This document shows, in pieces, positions 27,440-37,679 of a stretch of DNA of 64,000 bases. Below the pieces are notes generated by a model. It ran no database searches and was not told where the DNA came from. It was given only the letters and a program-made list of their open reading frames with translations. The first letter of the stretch is position 1, and each line of letters opens with the position of its first letter. The translations under genes were made by a program, and so were the position numbers. The DNA is from Oscillospiraceae bacterium. GTDB lineage: Bacteria; Bacillota; Clostridia; Oscillospirales; Ruminococcaceae. The stretch is from assembly GCA_965226565.1 (NCBI GenBank), contig CBDDDI010000004.1, positions 408,942-472,941 of the forward strand, in the 5' to 3' direction.

Positions 27440-30400
27440 TTACGCTTCGTCGCTACTATATAAATCTTTAAGTTTTAATAAATACTCATATTTCTTAGCA
27501 GCAGTATCAACAGCATGTGAGAACAATTTCTCAGCTCTTTCTGGATTAGAACGAGCAAGTGCTGAATAACGAACTTCATTCATGATAAACTCTTTATAGT
27601 CTTCAGTTGGAGCTTTACTATCAAGTTGGAATGGATTTTTGCCTTCATCTGCAAGTCTTGGATCGAATCTGAACAAATGCCAGTAACCTGATTGTACAGC
27701 TTTCTTTTCTTCAGTTTGTGCACCAGACATACCACCTTTAATACCGTGGTTGATACATGGAGCATAACCAATAACAATTGAAGGACCGTTATAGCTTTCA
27801 GCTTCAGTAATAGCTTTGATACATTGATTGTAATCAGCACCTTGTGCGATTTGAGCAACATATACATAACCATAACTCATTGCCATACCAGCAAGGTCTT
27901 TCTTCTTACTTACTTTACCACTAGCAGCAAATTGAGCAATAGCACCAGTTGGAGTAGATTTTGAAGATTGTCCACCTGTGTTTGAGTAAACTTCTGTATC
28001 GAATACAAAAATGTTTACATCTTCACCAGATGCGATAACGTGATCAAGTCCGCCGTAACCAATATCGTAAGCCCAGCCGTCTCCACCAAACATCCAGAAT
28101 GATTTTTTAGATAAATAATCTTTTGAATCAAGAATTTCTTTACCAGCTTCACAACCGCAGTTTTCTAAAGCTTTTACAAGAATTTCTGTAGCAATTTTGT
28201 TTTCTTTACCTTGAGTCATTGTTGATAGGTAACCTTCGATAGCTGATTTAACTTCTGCGTTATCAGTTGTCTTTTGAAGAGCTAGAACTTTGTTTACAAC
28301 TCTTTGTCTTAATGTTGATTGAGCTAGGTACATACCATAACCATATTCAGCATTATCTTCAAATAATGAGTTAGCCCAAGCTGGACCTTTTCCTTCTTTA
28401 TTTGTTGTGTATGGAGTTGAAGGAGCAGAACCACCCCAGATTGAAGAACAACCTGTTGCATTTGCAATGTACATTCTATCTCCGAATAATTGAGTAATAA
28501 GTTTAGCGTAAGGTGTTTCACCACAACCAGCACAAGCACCTGAGAACTCAAGCAATGGTTGTTTAAATTGAGAACCTTTAACAGTTGTTTCTTTAAATTT
28601 CTCATTTACTTCTGGTTTAACATCTAGAGCTTGACAGTAATCATAAACTTCTTGTTCAGCAAGTTGAGTATCAAGAGGCATGAATGCCAAAGCTTTGTTT
28701 CCTTTTTTACCAGGACAAACATTTATACAAGATCCACATCCTGTACAGTCTAGAGCTGACATTGTCATTACAAAGTAGTAACCAGCCATACCTGTGCAAG
28801 GAATTGCTTTATCTTTTGCAAGTTGTGGAGCATTATTAAGCTCTTCTTCTGTAAGAACTGCTGGACGAATTACACCATGTGGACAAACATATGAGCAGAA
28901 GTTACATTGGATACAGTTTTCACTTTGCCAAGCAGGTACATCAACAGCAATACCACGTTTTTCAAATGCAGCAGAACCTTGTGGGAATGTACCATCAGCC
29001 ATGTCAACAAATGTTGATACAGGAAGACTGTCACCAGCTTGAGCATTAACTGGAATTTGAATGTTGTTTACATAATCTACAAGAACTTTATTGTCGCCTG
29101 TAGCTTTTTCCATGCCCATGTGAGTTTCAGAAGCATTAGCCCATTCAGCAGGAACTTTGATTTCAACAACTTGGTTGCAACCAGCTTCAATAGCATCATG
29201 GTTCATCTTAACGATTGCTTCACCTTTTTTAGAATAAGAAGCTGTAGCAGCATCTTTCATATATTTGATTGCATCTTCAATTGGAATAATATTTGCTAAT
29301 TTAAAGAATGCAGATTGTAGTACAGTATTGATTCTGTTTCCAAGACCAATTTCTTTACCAATCTTAACACCGTTAATAGTGTAGAATTTGATATTATTTT
29401 TAGCAATATATGATTTAACTTGTCCTGGTAGACGCTCTTCTAATTCTTTAGCATCCCATTGGCAGTTAAGCAAGAATGTACCGTTTGGTTTAATATCTTG
29501 AACCATATCATATTTGTCAATATAAGCTGCGTTATGACATGCAACGAAATCAGCCATATTTACAAGATAAGTTGATTTGATTGGTGTTTCACCAAATCTT
29601 AGGTGAGAAACTGTTACACCACCAGATTTTTTAGAGTCATATGAGAAGTATGCTTGAGCATACATGTCTGTATGATCACCAATGATTTTGATTGAGTTCT
29701 TGTTTGCACCAACAGTTCCGTCAGCTCCAAGTCCCCAGAATTTACATGCAGTTGTTCCAGCTGGAGCTGTGTCTGGTTTTTCACCAAGTTCAAGTGAAAG
29801 ATTAGTAACATCATCTTTAATACCAACTGTGAATTTCTTTTTCTCTGTATTTTTATAAACAGCAACGATTTGAGCAGGATTTGTGTCTTTTGAACCAAGA
29901 CCATATCTACCGCTAAATACTGGTGTGTTGTTAAATTTAGTATCTTTTAATGCAGCTACTACATCAAGATATAAAGGTTCACCAATTGAACCAGGTTCTT
30001 TAGTTCTATCTAAAACTGAAATGTATTTAACTGTTTCAGGAATAGCTTCAACTAGTTTTTCAGCAACAAATGGTCTGTATAGACGAACTTTAACAAGACC
30101 AACTTTTGCTCCGTTTGCATTCAAGTAATCAATTGTTTCTTCAATTGTATCACATACTGAACCCATAGAAATGATAACGTGCTCAGCATCAGCAGCACCA
30201 TAGTAGTTAAATAGCTTATAATCTGTTCCGATTTCAGCATTAACTTTATCCATGTATTCTTCAACGATAGCAGGGAATTTATTGTAATAAGTATTACTAG
30301 ATTCTTTTGCTTGGAAGAATATATCAGGGTTTTGAGCTGTACCACGAAGTGTTGGGTGTTCTGGACTTAGTGAACGATCTCTAAACGCTTTAACAGCATC

Positions 30401-30991
30401 CATATCAACCATTTTTGCAAGTGTTTCTTGATCCCATGTTTCAATTTTTTGAATTTCGTGAGAAGTTCTGAAACCATCAAAGAAATGAAGTACTGGAACT
30501 CTACCTTTAATTGTTGCTAGGTGAGAAACTGCTCCAAGATCCATAACTTCTTGTGGATTTGTTGAACATATCATTGAGAAACCTGTTTGACGACATGCAT
30601 ATATATCTGAATGATCTCCAAAGATTGATAGTGCGTGTGTTGCTAATGCACGTGCTGATACGTGAATTACGCTTGGTAGCAATTCACCAGCTATTTTGTA
30701 CATGTTTGGTATCATCAACAATAGTCCTTGTGAAGCTGTATATGTTGTAGTCAATGCACCAGCAGTTAATGAACCGTGTACAGTTCCTGCAGCACCTGCT
30801 TCAGATTGCATTTCTGCGATATTAACTTCTTGTCCAAAAATATTTTTTTGTCCTTTTGATGACCATTGATCTGTAACCTCAGCCATAACTGAAGACGGTG
30901 TGATTGGGTAGATTGCAGCGACATCAGTAAATGGATATGATGCCCATGCAGCAGCGTTGTTACCGTCCATGGTTTTCATTTTTCTTGCCAT
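27440..30991 (-). CDS. nifJ: pyruvate:ferredoxin (flavodoxin) oxidoreductase, single-chain
   Basis: About 1183 aa. Two ferredoxin CxxCxxCxxxCP motifs (CIQCNFCSYVCP, CTGCGSCINVCP) and a TPP-binding GGDGWAYDIG. GAAGGAGG lies 8 nt before the ATG at 30991. Confidence 0.95.
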   Translation of the reverse strand: MARKMKTMDGNNAAAWASYPFTDVAAIYPITPSSVMAEVTDQWSSKGQKNIFGQEVNIAEMQSEAGAAGTVHGSLTAGALTTTYTASQGLLLMIPNMYKIAGELLPSVIHVSARALATHALSIFGDHSDIYACRQTGFSMICSTNPQEVMDLGAVSHLATIKGRVPVLHFFDGFRTSHEIQKIETWDQETLAKMVDMDAVKAFRDRSLSPEHPTLRGTAQNPDIFFQAKESSNTYYNKFPAIVEEYMDKVNAEIGTDYKLFNYYGAADAEHVIISMGSVCDTIEETIDYLNANGAKVGLVKVRLYRPFVAEKLVEAIPETVKYISVLDRTKEPGSIGEPLYLDVVAALKDTKFNNTPVFSGRYGLGSKDTNPAQIVAVYKNTEKKKFTVGIKDDVTNLSLELGEKPDTAPAGTTACKFWGLGADGTVGANKNSIKIIGDHTDMYAQAYFSYDSKKSGGVTVSHLRFGETPIKSTYLVNMADFVACHNAAYIDKYDMVQDIKPNGTFLLNCQWDAKELEERLPGQVKSYIAKNNIKFYTINGVKIGKEIGLGNRINTVLQSAFFKLANIIPIEDAIKYMKDAATASYSKKGEAIVKMNHDAIEAGCNQVVEIKVPAEWANASETHMGMEKATGDNKVLVDYVNNIQIPVNAQAGDSLPVSTFVDMADGTFPQGSAAFEKRGIAVDVPAWQSENCIQCNFCSYVCPHGVIRPAVLTEEELNNAPQLAKDKAIPCTGMAGYYFVMTMSALDCTGCGSCINVCPGKKGNKALAFMPLDTQLAEQEVYDYCQALDVKPEVNEKFKETTVKGSQFKQPLLEFSGACAGCGETPYAKLITQLFGDRMYIANATGCSSIWGGSAPSTPYTTNKEGKGPAWANSLFEDNAEYGYGMYLAQSTLRQRVVNKVLALQKTTDNAEVKSAIEGYLSTMTQGKENKIATEILVKALENCGCEAGKEILDSKDYLSKKSFWMFGGDGWAYDIGYGGLDHVIASGEDVNIFVFDTEVYSNTGGQSSKSTPTGAIAQFAASGKVSKKKDLAGMAMSYGYVYVAQIAQGADYNQCIKAITEAESYNGPSIVIGYAPCINHGIKGGMSGAQTEEKKAVQSGYWHLFRFDPRLADEGKNPFQLDSKAPTEDYKEFIMNEVRYSALARSNPERAEKLFSHAVDTAAKKYEYLLKLKDLYSSDEA

Positions 30992-31224
30992 TATTATATC
31001 CTCCTTCAATTGGTAAAAAATAGTATACTTATATCATCATTCAAATATTAGTATTCAAATATAAATTTTATCATAGTGTAATTAAATTGTAAATGTTGTT
31101 TACAGAAATTTTACTTTTCAAATTGTAAATTATTAATTAAATAATATTAATGTTTTTTAGTGCTAAAAACTGGATTTATTTTCTTTTGGTTTTGTCTTTT
31201 TATACTTAATTAATGTGCACATTT

Positions 31225-32067
31225 TTATATTTCACAATGTGTATGTCTTGTAACATGACACCCAACATTCACTGCCACAGGTAGTCCTGCGATATGAGTA
31301 GCATGCTCTTCTATATTAACACATAAAGCTGTTATTTTGCCTCCAAAACCTTGAGGTCCAATTCCAAGTTCATTTATTTTTTCTAAAATCTCAATTTCCA
31401 TATCTGCATATAATTTCTTAGGATTTCTTTCTGAAACATTTCTGCACAAAGCTTTTTTGGCTAAATAAGCTGAATATTCAAAATCTCCACCAATACCAAC
31501 TCCAACAACAATTGGTGGACAAGGATTACTTCCAGCAGTAGAAATAACATCAACAACATAGTTTACAATATCCTCTTTTGAAGAGGATGGAGTAAACATT
31601 TTTAATGCTGACATATTTTCTGATCCAAAACCTTTTGGAGAAACTGTCAAATTAATTTTATCACCTTTTACAATTTTAGTATAAATAATAGCAGGCGTAT
31701 TATTATTTGTATTCACACGTTCAATAGGATCAGAAACAATAGAACACCTAAGTTTTCCTTCAATATAACCTTCTGCAACACCTTTATTTACTGCTTCATT
31801 AAAATCTCCACCAACTAAATGAACATCTTGACCTATTTCTGCAAAAACAATAGCCATACCTGTATCTTGACAAATAGGTATTTTTTCATCTCTAGCCACA
31901 TTTATATTAGAAATTATATCAGTAAAAACACCTTTGCCAACTTCAGAAATCTCTTCATTTTTTTTACAATTAATACATTCTTCAAGATCACTTGGTAAAT
32001 ATAAATTTGCATCTATACAAAGTTTTTTTATACATTCTGTAATTTTTTGAACATTTATTTCACGCAT
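31225..32067 (-). CDS. Fe-S hydro-lyase alpha subunit (class I fumarate hydratase / L-tartrate dehydratase, N-terminal type)
   Basis: PICQDTGMAIVF and GVGIGG motifs of the fumarase alpha domain, 280 aa. No beta-subunit gene follows. Confidence 0.8.
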   Translation of the reverse strand: MREINVQKITECIKKLCIDANLYLPSDLEECINCKKNEEISEVGKGVFTDIISNINVARDEKIPICQDTGMAIVFAEIGQDVHLVGGDFNEAVNKGVAEGYIEGKLRCSIVSDPIERVNTNNNTPAIIYTKIVKGDKINLTVSPKGFGSENMSALKMFTPSSSKEDIVNYVVDVISTAGSNPCPPIVVGVGIGGDFEYSAYLAKKALCRNVSERNPKKLYADMEIEILEKINELGIGPQGFGGKITALCVNIEEHATHIAGLPVAVNVGCHVTRHTHCEI

Positions 32068-32114
32068 TTTATAAACTCCTTGTTAAATATGTAATCTAGT
32101 TTACTTTAAGTATA

Positions 32115-33275
32115 TTAATTATAGTCTTGTAAAATTATTTCTCCATTAACTACAACAAATTTTGGTGATTGCATAATATCAAGTGGATTACCACTAAACA
32201 AACATAAATCTGCATCTTTACCTTTTTCAATTGAACCAACACGATCAGCAACATCAGCAATTTTAGCAGCATTTATTGTAATACATTCTAAAGCTTTTTG
32301 CTCATCCAAACCATTTTTAACTGAAATAGCAGCAGAAGAGAACAAATATTGAATTGGAATTACTGGATGGTCAGTACAAATTGCAAACTCACAACCTTCA
32401 TTAGCCATAATCGCAGCATTTTTAACACTCAAACCTCTTAACTCAGGTTTTGAACGATCTGAAATAATTGGACCAACAATTGCTTTTGCATTTTCTTCAG
32501 CAATAATGTCAGCAATTTTATAACCTTCTGTAGCATGAACCAAAACATATTTTATATCAAATTCTTTTGCAATTCTTATTGCTGTGCAAATATCATCAGC
32601 TCTATGACAATGAAAATGTGCAGAAACCTTTTTTTGAAACAAAGGAATTAATGCTTCAGATTTAACATCAAATTCAGGAGCATCAAAATCCTCATCTTTT
32701 TTTGATTTTAAAGTATCATCATAATATTTTCTAGCTTTTGTTAGCGCTTCTCTGATTAATGCAGCAGTACCAATTCTAGTAATTGGAGTTTCGTCTCTAT
32801 TTTTATAAACAGATTTTGGATTTTCTCCTAAAGCAAATTTAATTGCAACATTTTTGATAGCCATATCATCAACACGTCTACCTACTGTTTTAATAGCATA
32901 AATCTGTCCACAAATAGTATTTGCACTTCCTGGGCTAGTTAAAACTGTAGTAACTCCAGCTCTACTTGCTTCTTCAAAACATCTATCAAATGGATTAATT
33001 CCATCAATTGTTCTAAGCTGTGGAGTAACTGGATCTGTTGCTTCATTACAATCATCATCTTCAAATCCAACACTATCTCCAATAATTCCTAAATGACTAT
33101 GAGCATCTATAAAGCCAGGATACATATTCATACCATTTGCATCTATATCATCATAAGAAACATTTGCTGGTGATCCAGCAGAAACCTCTTCAAATTTTCC
33201 ATCATCTATTTTAACATAACCATTTTCTATTACTTTACCATTCATAGTGTGAATTTTCGCATTATAAATATACAT
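32115..33275 (-). CDS. metal-dependent amidohydrolase family protein
   Basis: The YPGFIDAHSHLGI HxH motif follows an N-terminal beta-sandwich. A late Asp is present (TDHPV). Confidence 0.8.
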   Translation of the reverse strand: MYIYNAKIHTMNGKVIENGYVKIDDGKFEEVSAGSPANVSYDDIDANGMNMYPGFIDAHSHLGIIGDSVGFEDDDCNEATDPVTPQLRTIDGINPFDRCFEEASRAGVTTVLTSPGSANTICGQIYAIKTVGRRVDDMAIKNVAIKFALGENPKSVYKNRDETPITRIGTAALIREALTKARKYYDDTLKSKKDEDFDAPEFDVKSEALIPLFQKKVSAHFHCHRADDICTAIRIAKEFDIKYVLVHATEGYKIADIIAEENAKAIVGPIISDRSKPELRGLSVKNAAIMANEGCEFAICTDHPVIPIQYLFSSAAISVKNGLDEQKALECITINAAKIADVADRVGSIEKGKDADLCLFSGNPLDIMQSPKFVVVNGEIILQDYN

Positions 33276-33296
33276 ATTTTCCTCTTTCCTAAGTCT

Positions 33297-33737
33297 TTAT
33301 ATTTTGCCAGTAGATCCGAATCCACCAATTCCTCTTACAGTTTGAGAAAGTGCAGTTGTCTCTAATACTCTAGGTATAATTACAGGACTTATTACTAATT
33401 GTGCAATTCTTTCTCCGTGTTTAATCGTATATGGCATTGTTCCAAGATTCAAAATTGGCACAATAATTTCACCACGATAATCACTATCAACAACTCCAAC
33501 ACTATTTGCTAAACATATTCCGTATTTAGTAGCAAGTGAACTTCTTGAATAAATAAGCAAAACAACATCATCGTCTTGTGGAGCAACAGCAATACCTGTT
33601 GGAACTTTAACAATTTCTCCTGGCTTAACAACAATATCTTTTTCAGTACAAGTTACTAAATCAAATCCAGCACTTCCGTTTGTTGCTCTTTTTGGCAAAC
33701 TAGCAGTAGGTTTTAACTTTTTAACTAATAAATCCAT
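33297..33737 (-). CDS. dut: dUTP diphosphatase
   Basis: GSAGFDL, GVVDSDYRGEI and GERIAQLVI motifs. GGAGGAAAAATG marks the start at 33737. Confidence 0.93.
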   Translation of the reverse strand: MDLLVKKLKPTASLPKRATNGSAGFDLVTCTEKDIVVKPGEIVKVPTGIAVAPQDDDVVLLIYSRSSLATKYGICLANSVGVVDSDYRGEIIVPILNLGTMPYTIKHGERIAQLVISPVIIPRVLETTALSQTVRGIGGFGSTGKI

Positions 33738-33748
33738 TTTTCCTCCAA

Positions 33749-35806
33749 TCACTGTATGCCACGATAATAAAGTCCTCTTGTAAAATTCTTCATTGGTGCA
33801 GAAGATCCATTTTCATAGCATTTAATTATCTCATTAATCTCTTTAGAACTTTCATCATTAAACTTTAACGTAACAAATTTAGCTCCTTTAATTTCGTTCA
33901 ATCTATCTGCCATATATAAAACATCACAGTTCAAAATCTCAACAGAATCTTTACTACATTCAACATTAAAACTTCTGCCAGTTCTATCCGTTATAATCTT
34001 CTCACAATTTTTACAACCAACAGCCTGTTTAACAGGACAGTTTACAGTCAACATCAAAGGCAATTTTCCATAACCAATAATTCCAAAAGGCAAAACATCA
34101 CCAAGCGAATTAATTTGATTAGTTTTCATCTCAAAAGAAACTGTACAATCTTCAAAACCAAAATCTTTCAACACTTTTAACGAAGCAGTGTTTAAAATAT
34201 TAAGACCAAAACCTCCAAAAAGATTCAAATTCAAATCTTTAGCAGTTTTTATATGAGAATAATTTTGACATTCTATATTATTAAAACCAAATGATTTTAT
34301 TTTTTGTACATTTAATATTATTTCATTTTCATCATTCATATACCTTGGAAGGCTAACAATAATTTTATTTTTATTAATATCAACATTTTCATGCTTTATA
34401 ATTTCATCAATTGGAACTATAACATACTCCAATTTATTTATATCAACATCTTTTAATTGAGATAGTTTTTTAACTTCAATTCTTAACAATTTATCTTTAA
34501 CAAACTTTGATTTGTTATACTCAAAATCATATTCATTAATATTATAACTATTTGTATAATTTTCAATTCTTATTTCATCAAGTTTTTCGCATGCTGTCCT
34601 TCTTAAATTATTTAAAGCTGAAGCAGGAACAACAAGATCTTGATCTAAATTAACATTAACAGCACCAATTTCATATACTGTATTACCGAGTTTGGACAAC
34701 TGTTTCGTAACTTGTTCCAAATCGGTAGGCTTATTTCTTGCTTGTTCAGGAACATTTCCTGTAACACAAACTTGATTATTTTGAGAATCAATTACTTTAA
34801 GTTTTGTATTTTTACCTTTTAAAATATCTATTTCAAAATCTATTGCAGTAACCTTGCGTTCTTTTTTGTAAAGTTGTTGCAATTGTGGAAAAACCTTTTG
34901 TGCTGATACAACATCTTCTTTTTGCCTAGTACCAAACATATCTTTACCAGTACTATTTAAATAATAACCTTGAGTAAAACCAGATCTAGAAAATACAGAT
35001 TGTAATAATTCCATATCTGGATTTTTATTATCTAAAACTGCTTTACAAGCAGTTACAGCAGCTGCAACATATTCAGGTCTCTTCATTCTACCTTCAATTT
35101 TAAAAGACTTAACACCAATATCTGATAATTCTTTCAAATGATTAATAATTGATAAATCCTTAAGTGATAAATCAAATCTTTGCTGATTTTCTATAGCAGA
35201 AAAGGGAAGTCTGCAAGCTTGAGCACAAAGACCACGATTTGCACTTCTTGAACCTATCATCGAGCTCATATAGCATTGTCCAGAAACAGACATGCACAAA
35301 GCTCCATGAACAAAAACCTCAATATCAATTCCAGAAGAAATAATATCTTCAAGTTGAGCCTTAGACATTTCTCTTGCAGCAACAACTCTGCTAATACCAT
35401 TTTCTTTAGCAAGTAAAGCACCATTTCTAGTATGAATTGTCATTTGAGTTGAAGCATGAATAGGCATATTAGGACAAATATGTCTAATAGTATCAACCAC
35501 ACCAATATCTTGAACAATTAACGCATCAATTCCGCAATTACAAGCAAATTCTATTTCTTTTTTAAGTTCATCAAATTGATCATCAAACACTAAAGTATTA
35601 ATAGTTTGATAAACTTTCACACCACTTTTATGAGCTGTATTACAAGCAGCAATTAAATCATCTCTTGAAAAATTAGTAGCATTTTGCCTAGCAGAAAAAC
35701 TTTTTCCACCTATGTATACAGCATCAGCTCCACATCTAATAGCAGCATTAAACGATTCAATACTACCAGCAGGAGCTAAAATCTCAGCTTGAGATATTTT
35801 CTTCAT
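33749..35806 (-). CDS. peptidase U32 family protein, long form with a C-terminal extension
   Basis: EILAPAGS, the U32 signature region EVFVHGALCMSVSGQCYMSS, and about 685 aa. The start is ambiguous (ATG at 35806 or TTG at 35818). Confidence 0.8.
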   Translation of the reverse strand: MKKISQAEILAPAGSIESFNAAIRCGADAVYIGGKSFSARQNATNFSRDDLIAACNTAHKSGVKVYQTINTLVFDDQFDELKKEIEFACNCGIDALIVQDIGVVDTIRHICPNMPIHASTQMTIHTRNGALLAKENGISRVVAAREMSKAQLEDIISSGIDIEVFVHGALCMSVSGQCYMSSMIGSRSANRGLCAQACRLPFSAIENQQRFDLSLKDLSIINHLKELSDIGVKSFKIEGRMKRPEYVAAAVTACKAVLDNKNPDMELLQSVFSRSGFTQGYYLNSTGKDMFGTRQKEDVVSAQKVFPQLQQLYKKERKVTAIDFEIDILKGKNTKLKVIDSQNNQVCVTGNVPEQARNKPTDLEQVTKQLSKLGNTVYEIGAVNVNLDQDLVVPASALNNLRRTACEKLDEIRIENYTNSYNINEYDFEYNKSKFVKDKLLRIEVKKLSQLKDVDINKLEYVIVPIDEIIKHENVDINKNKIIVSLPRYMNDENEIILNVQKIKSFGFNNIECQNYSHIKTAKDLNLNLFGGFGLNILNTASLKVLKDFGFEDCTVSFEMKTNQINSLGDVLPFGIIGYGKLPLMLTVNCPVKQAVGCKNCEKIITDRTGRSFNVECSKDSVEILNCDVLYMADRLNEIKGAKFVTLKFNDESSKEINEIIKCYENGSSAPMKNFTRGLYYRGIQ

Positions 35807-35823
35807 TATATAAAACAACCTAC

Positions 35824-36156
35824 CTAAAATCTTCTATATTTATCTAACTTTTCTTCAAGTTCTCTATTTTTCTTAGAAAGCTCATCACATTTAAGTCTAG
35901 CTTTACCAGCATCATCAACATAATCTTTAATTTGAGTTCTAATATTATCTATATTATCATTAACTTTTTGAGCTTCATCCAACGCAGATAAAGCTATTAA
36001 AATTGCAGCATCAACAACAGAAGCAGCCATTCTACTACTTATCATTTCAGTTAACTGAGTATCAAGCTGATTAGCTAACTTCAATGTATAATCAGGCGAC
36101 TCATCTGTTTGCAACGTATATTCTCTGTTATAAATTTTAACCTTAACTTTATTCAT
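35824..36156 (-). CDS. zapA: cell division protein ZapA
   Basis: VKIYNREYTLQTDESPDYTLKLANQLD and a C-terminal coiled coil, 110 aa. Confidence 0.8.
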   Translation of the reverse strand: MNKVKVKIYNREYTLQTDESPDYTLKLANQLDTQLTEMISSRMAASVVDAAILIALSALDEAQKVNDNIDNIRTQIKDYVDDAGKARLKCDELSKKNRELEEKLDKYRRF

Positions 36157-36290
36157 CTGATTGTCTCTCTTTCTACTAATAGTTATTTCTTACTATTATA
36201 ATATATTTTCTATTATAAATAAAGAGTTATTTCATAAATGGCATCTAATAGTCAATTTCACATAAAAAATAAATAAAATCTTTAAATATA

Positions 36291-36319
36291 TTGACAAAAT
36301 ATGCACAAGAATGTAAAAT
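36291..36319 (+). promoter_or_regulatory. orphan promoter-like element
   Basis: TTGACA (36291-36296), a 17-nt spacer, then TAAAAT (36314-36319). It points into the 3' end of the minus-strand NUDIX gene. No downstream ORF or terminator was recognised. Confidence 0.25.
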
Positions 36320-36520
36320 AATAATATAAGCTAAAACAATGGGTTGTCGGAATCAATCACAAAATGTCCAAACAAAAAATGTCATTTGTTAATATTTATC
36401 GAAAATAAAGTTAAATATTAAAACTGTGTCTCGTATTATTAAAACTTTTTTCTTTTTGCGTTAAAACATCATGAAAGACAGGTGATTTGTGGAATATAAA
36501 AATCTTTTTTTAAATATAAT

Positions 36521-36550
36521 AATAAAAACACCTATCATAAAGATAAGTGC
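36521..36550 (-). terminator. terminator of the NUDIX gene
   Basis: On the minus strand: CACTTATC-5 nt-GATAGGTG followed by TTTTTATT. Confidence 0.6.
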
Positions 36551-36558
36551 TTTATTAA

Positions 36559-36963
36559 TTAACTAATTACCGTTTTCGCTTTATTAACTATACTCCGATC
36601 GTTCTCATAAGTAAGTACAGTTAAAGCATATCCAATTTCTACCCATTTAATTTCAGAAATTTCTTCTTCCTGTGGAATCAAATCATAGTTTTTAGCTCGG
36701 GCTACAAAATAAACTACTATTTTTTGAGTGTCTTTTTTTGGAGAATAACATACTGTTTCTCTAAAAGTAGGGTCTATGATAACATCTAGATTAGTTTCTT
36801 CTTTTATTTCTCTTAAAGCAGTTTCAATTTCAGTCTCACCATTTTCAACATGACCTTTAGGAAAAGACCAATGTCCACTATTCACATGCTTAAGTAATAA
36901 AATTTCTGTATTACCGTGATACTTTCGATAAACAATAGCACCACACGATTTTTCGTTTATCAT
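36559..36963 (-). CDS. NUDIX hydrolase
   Basis: Nudix box GHVENGETEIETALREIKEETNL. The ATG at 36963 (MINEKSCGAIVY) is preferred over the ORF-track start at 37011. Confidence 0.85.
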   Translation of the reverse strand: MINEKSCGAIVYRKYHGNTEILLLKHVNSGHWSFPKGHVENGETEIETALREIKEETNLDVIIDPTFRETVCYSPKKDTQKIVVYFVARAKNYDLIPQEEEISEIKWVEIGYALTVLTYENDRSIVNKAKTVIS

Positions 36964-37130
36964 AAAAATAGTCCTTTCTTTAAAAATAAATCCGTATATA
37001 TTATACCACAAATATTTTAATTTGTCTTTAACAAAGATGGATTTTTAAAATCAAACCAAATATTAGTATAGAGAGTGTAATATTTGGCAACAATCATTAA
37101 TATTAATATTTTAGAAAAGGGGAAACAACT

Positions 37131-37418
37131 ATGGAAATCGCAAAAAAACGCATACCTTTCATTAGCAATCTATTTCGTCACTCTGATCAACGCAAAGCTG
37201 ATGAAATCCAATTTAATGAAAACAGAAACTTTTTGAACGAAGTTAAGGACATTTTAGCACAAATCGAATGTATTCAATGTAAATTCAGTTATGCAACAAC
37301 TGATGAAATTATTGACGCTTTAATTTATGAGGAAAAAGCGCTTCAATCAAGATATTCACAACTTTTACAATACGCTAGACAAAATAACATCTCAATGATT
37401 GGACTTAACGCAAACTAA
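37131..37418 (+). CDS. yaaL: DUF2508 (YaaL-like) protein
   Basis: 95 aa, with the pattern FLNEVKDILAQIE ... DALIYEEKALQSRYSQLL. It lies directly upstream of bofA, as in Bacillus. Confidence 0.65.
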   Translation: MEIAKKRIPFISNLFRHSDQRKADEIQFNENRNFLNEVKDILAQIECIQCKFSYATTDEIIDALIYEEKALQSRYSQLLQYARQNNISMIGLNAN

Positions 37419-37430
37419 GAGGAGCGAGAC

Positions 37431-37679
37431 ATGACATTTTTTTACTCATTGGGAATAGCAATCACTGTGATAATGTTTATTATCTACTTAAAATCGAAAC
37501 ATCCAATTAAGAACGCGTTAAAAGGTATGATTTCAGGAGTATCGGTGCTTCTGATTTTATATTTTTTCGGATCTCATATTAATATACAGTTAGATATTTC
37601 ACATTTTAACACTGCTGTATCACTAATTTTAGGAATACCAGGAGTTTTAGCATTAGTTTTTGCAAAGATTTTACTTTAA
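37431..37679 (+). CDS. bofA: pro-sigma-K processing inhibitor BofA-like membrane protein
   Basis: 82 aa with two TM helices, and GIPGVLALV near the C-terminus. yaaL-bofA synteny is present. Confidence 0.65.
   Translation: MTFFYSLGIAITVIMFIIYLKSKHPIKNALKGMISGVSVLLILYFFGSHINIQLDISHFNTAVSLILGIPGVLALVFAKILL

Noticed and set aside
27440-31009. Numerous 60-100-aa ORFs inside or antisense to long genes (for example 27580-27873, 28324-28605, 29614-29904, 30121-30345; similar cases in yfhO, msmK, argS, gyrB, gyrA, mnmG, jag, dnaA, dnaN)
   Set aside because: All are nested in genes with clear family motifs. They have low-complexity Leu/Lys/Ile-rich translations and no SD sequences, and are expected by chance in long AT-rich genes.
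31087-31105. Rex operator upstream of PFOR
   Set aside because: TTGTAAA-5 nt-TTTACAG has a 5-nt spacer and A/T differences from the 18-bp TTGTTAANNNNTTAACAA-type consensus as I recall it. It is kept only as an unassigned inverted repeat.
36339-36392. 17-codon ORF (MGCRNQSQNVQTKNVIC) downstream of the orphan promoter at 36291
   Set aside because: It has no SD, no hydrophobic or otherwise suggestive character, and no terminator after it.
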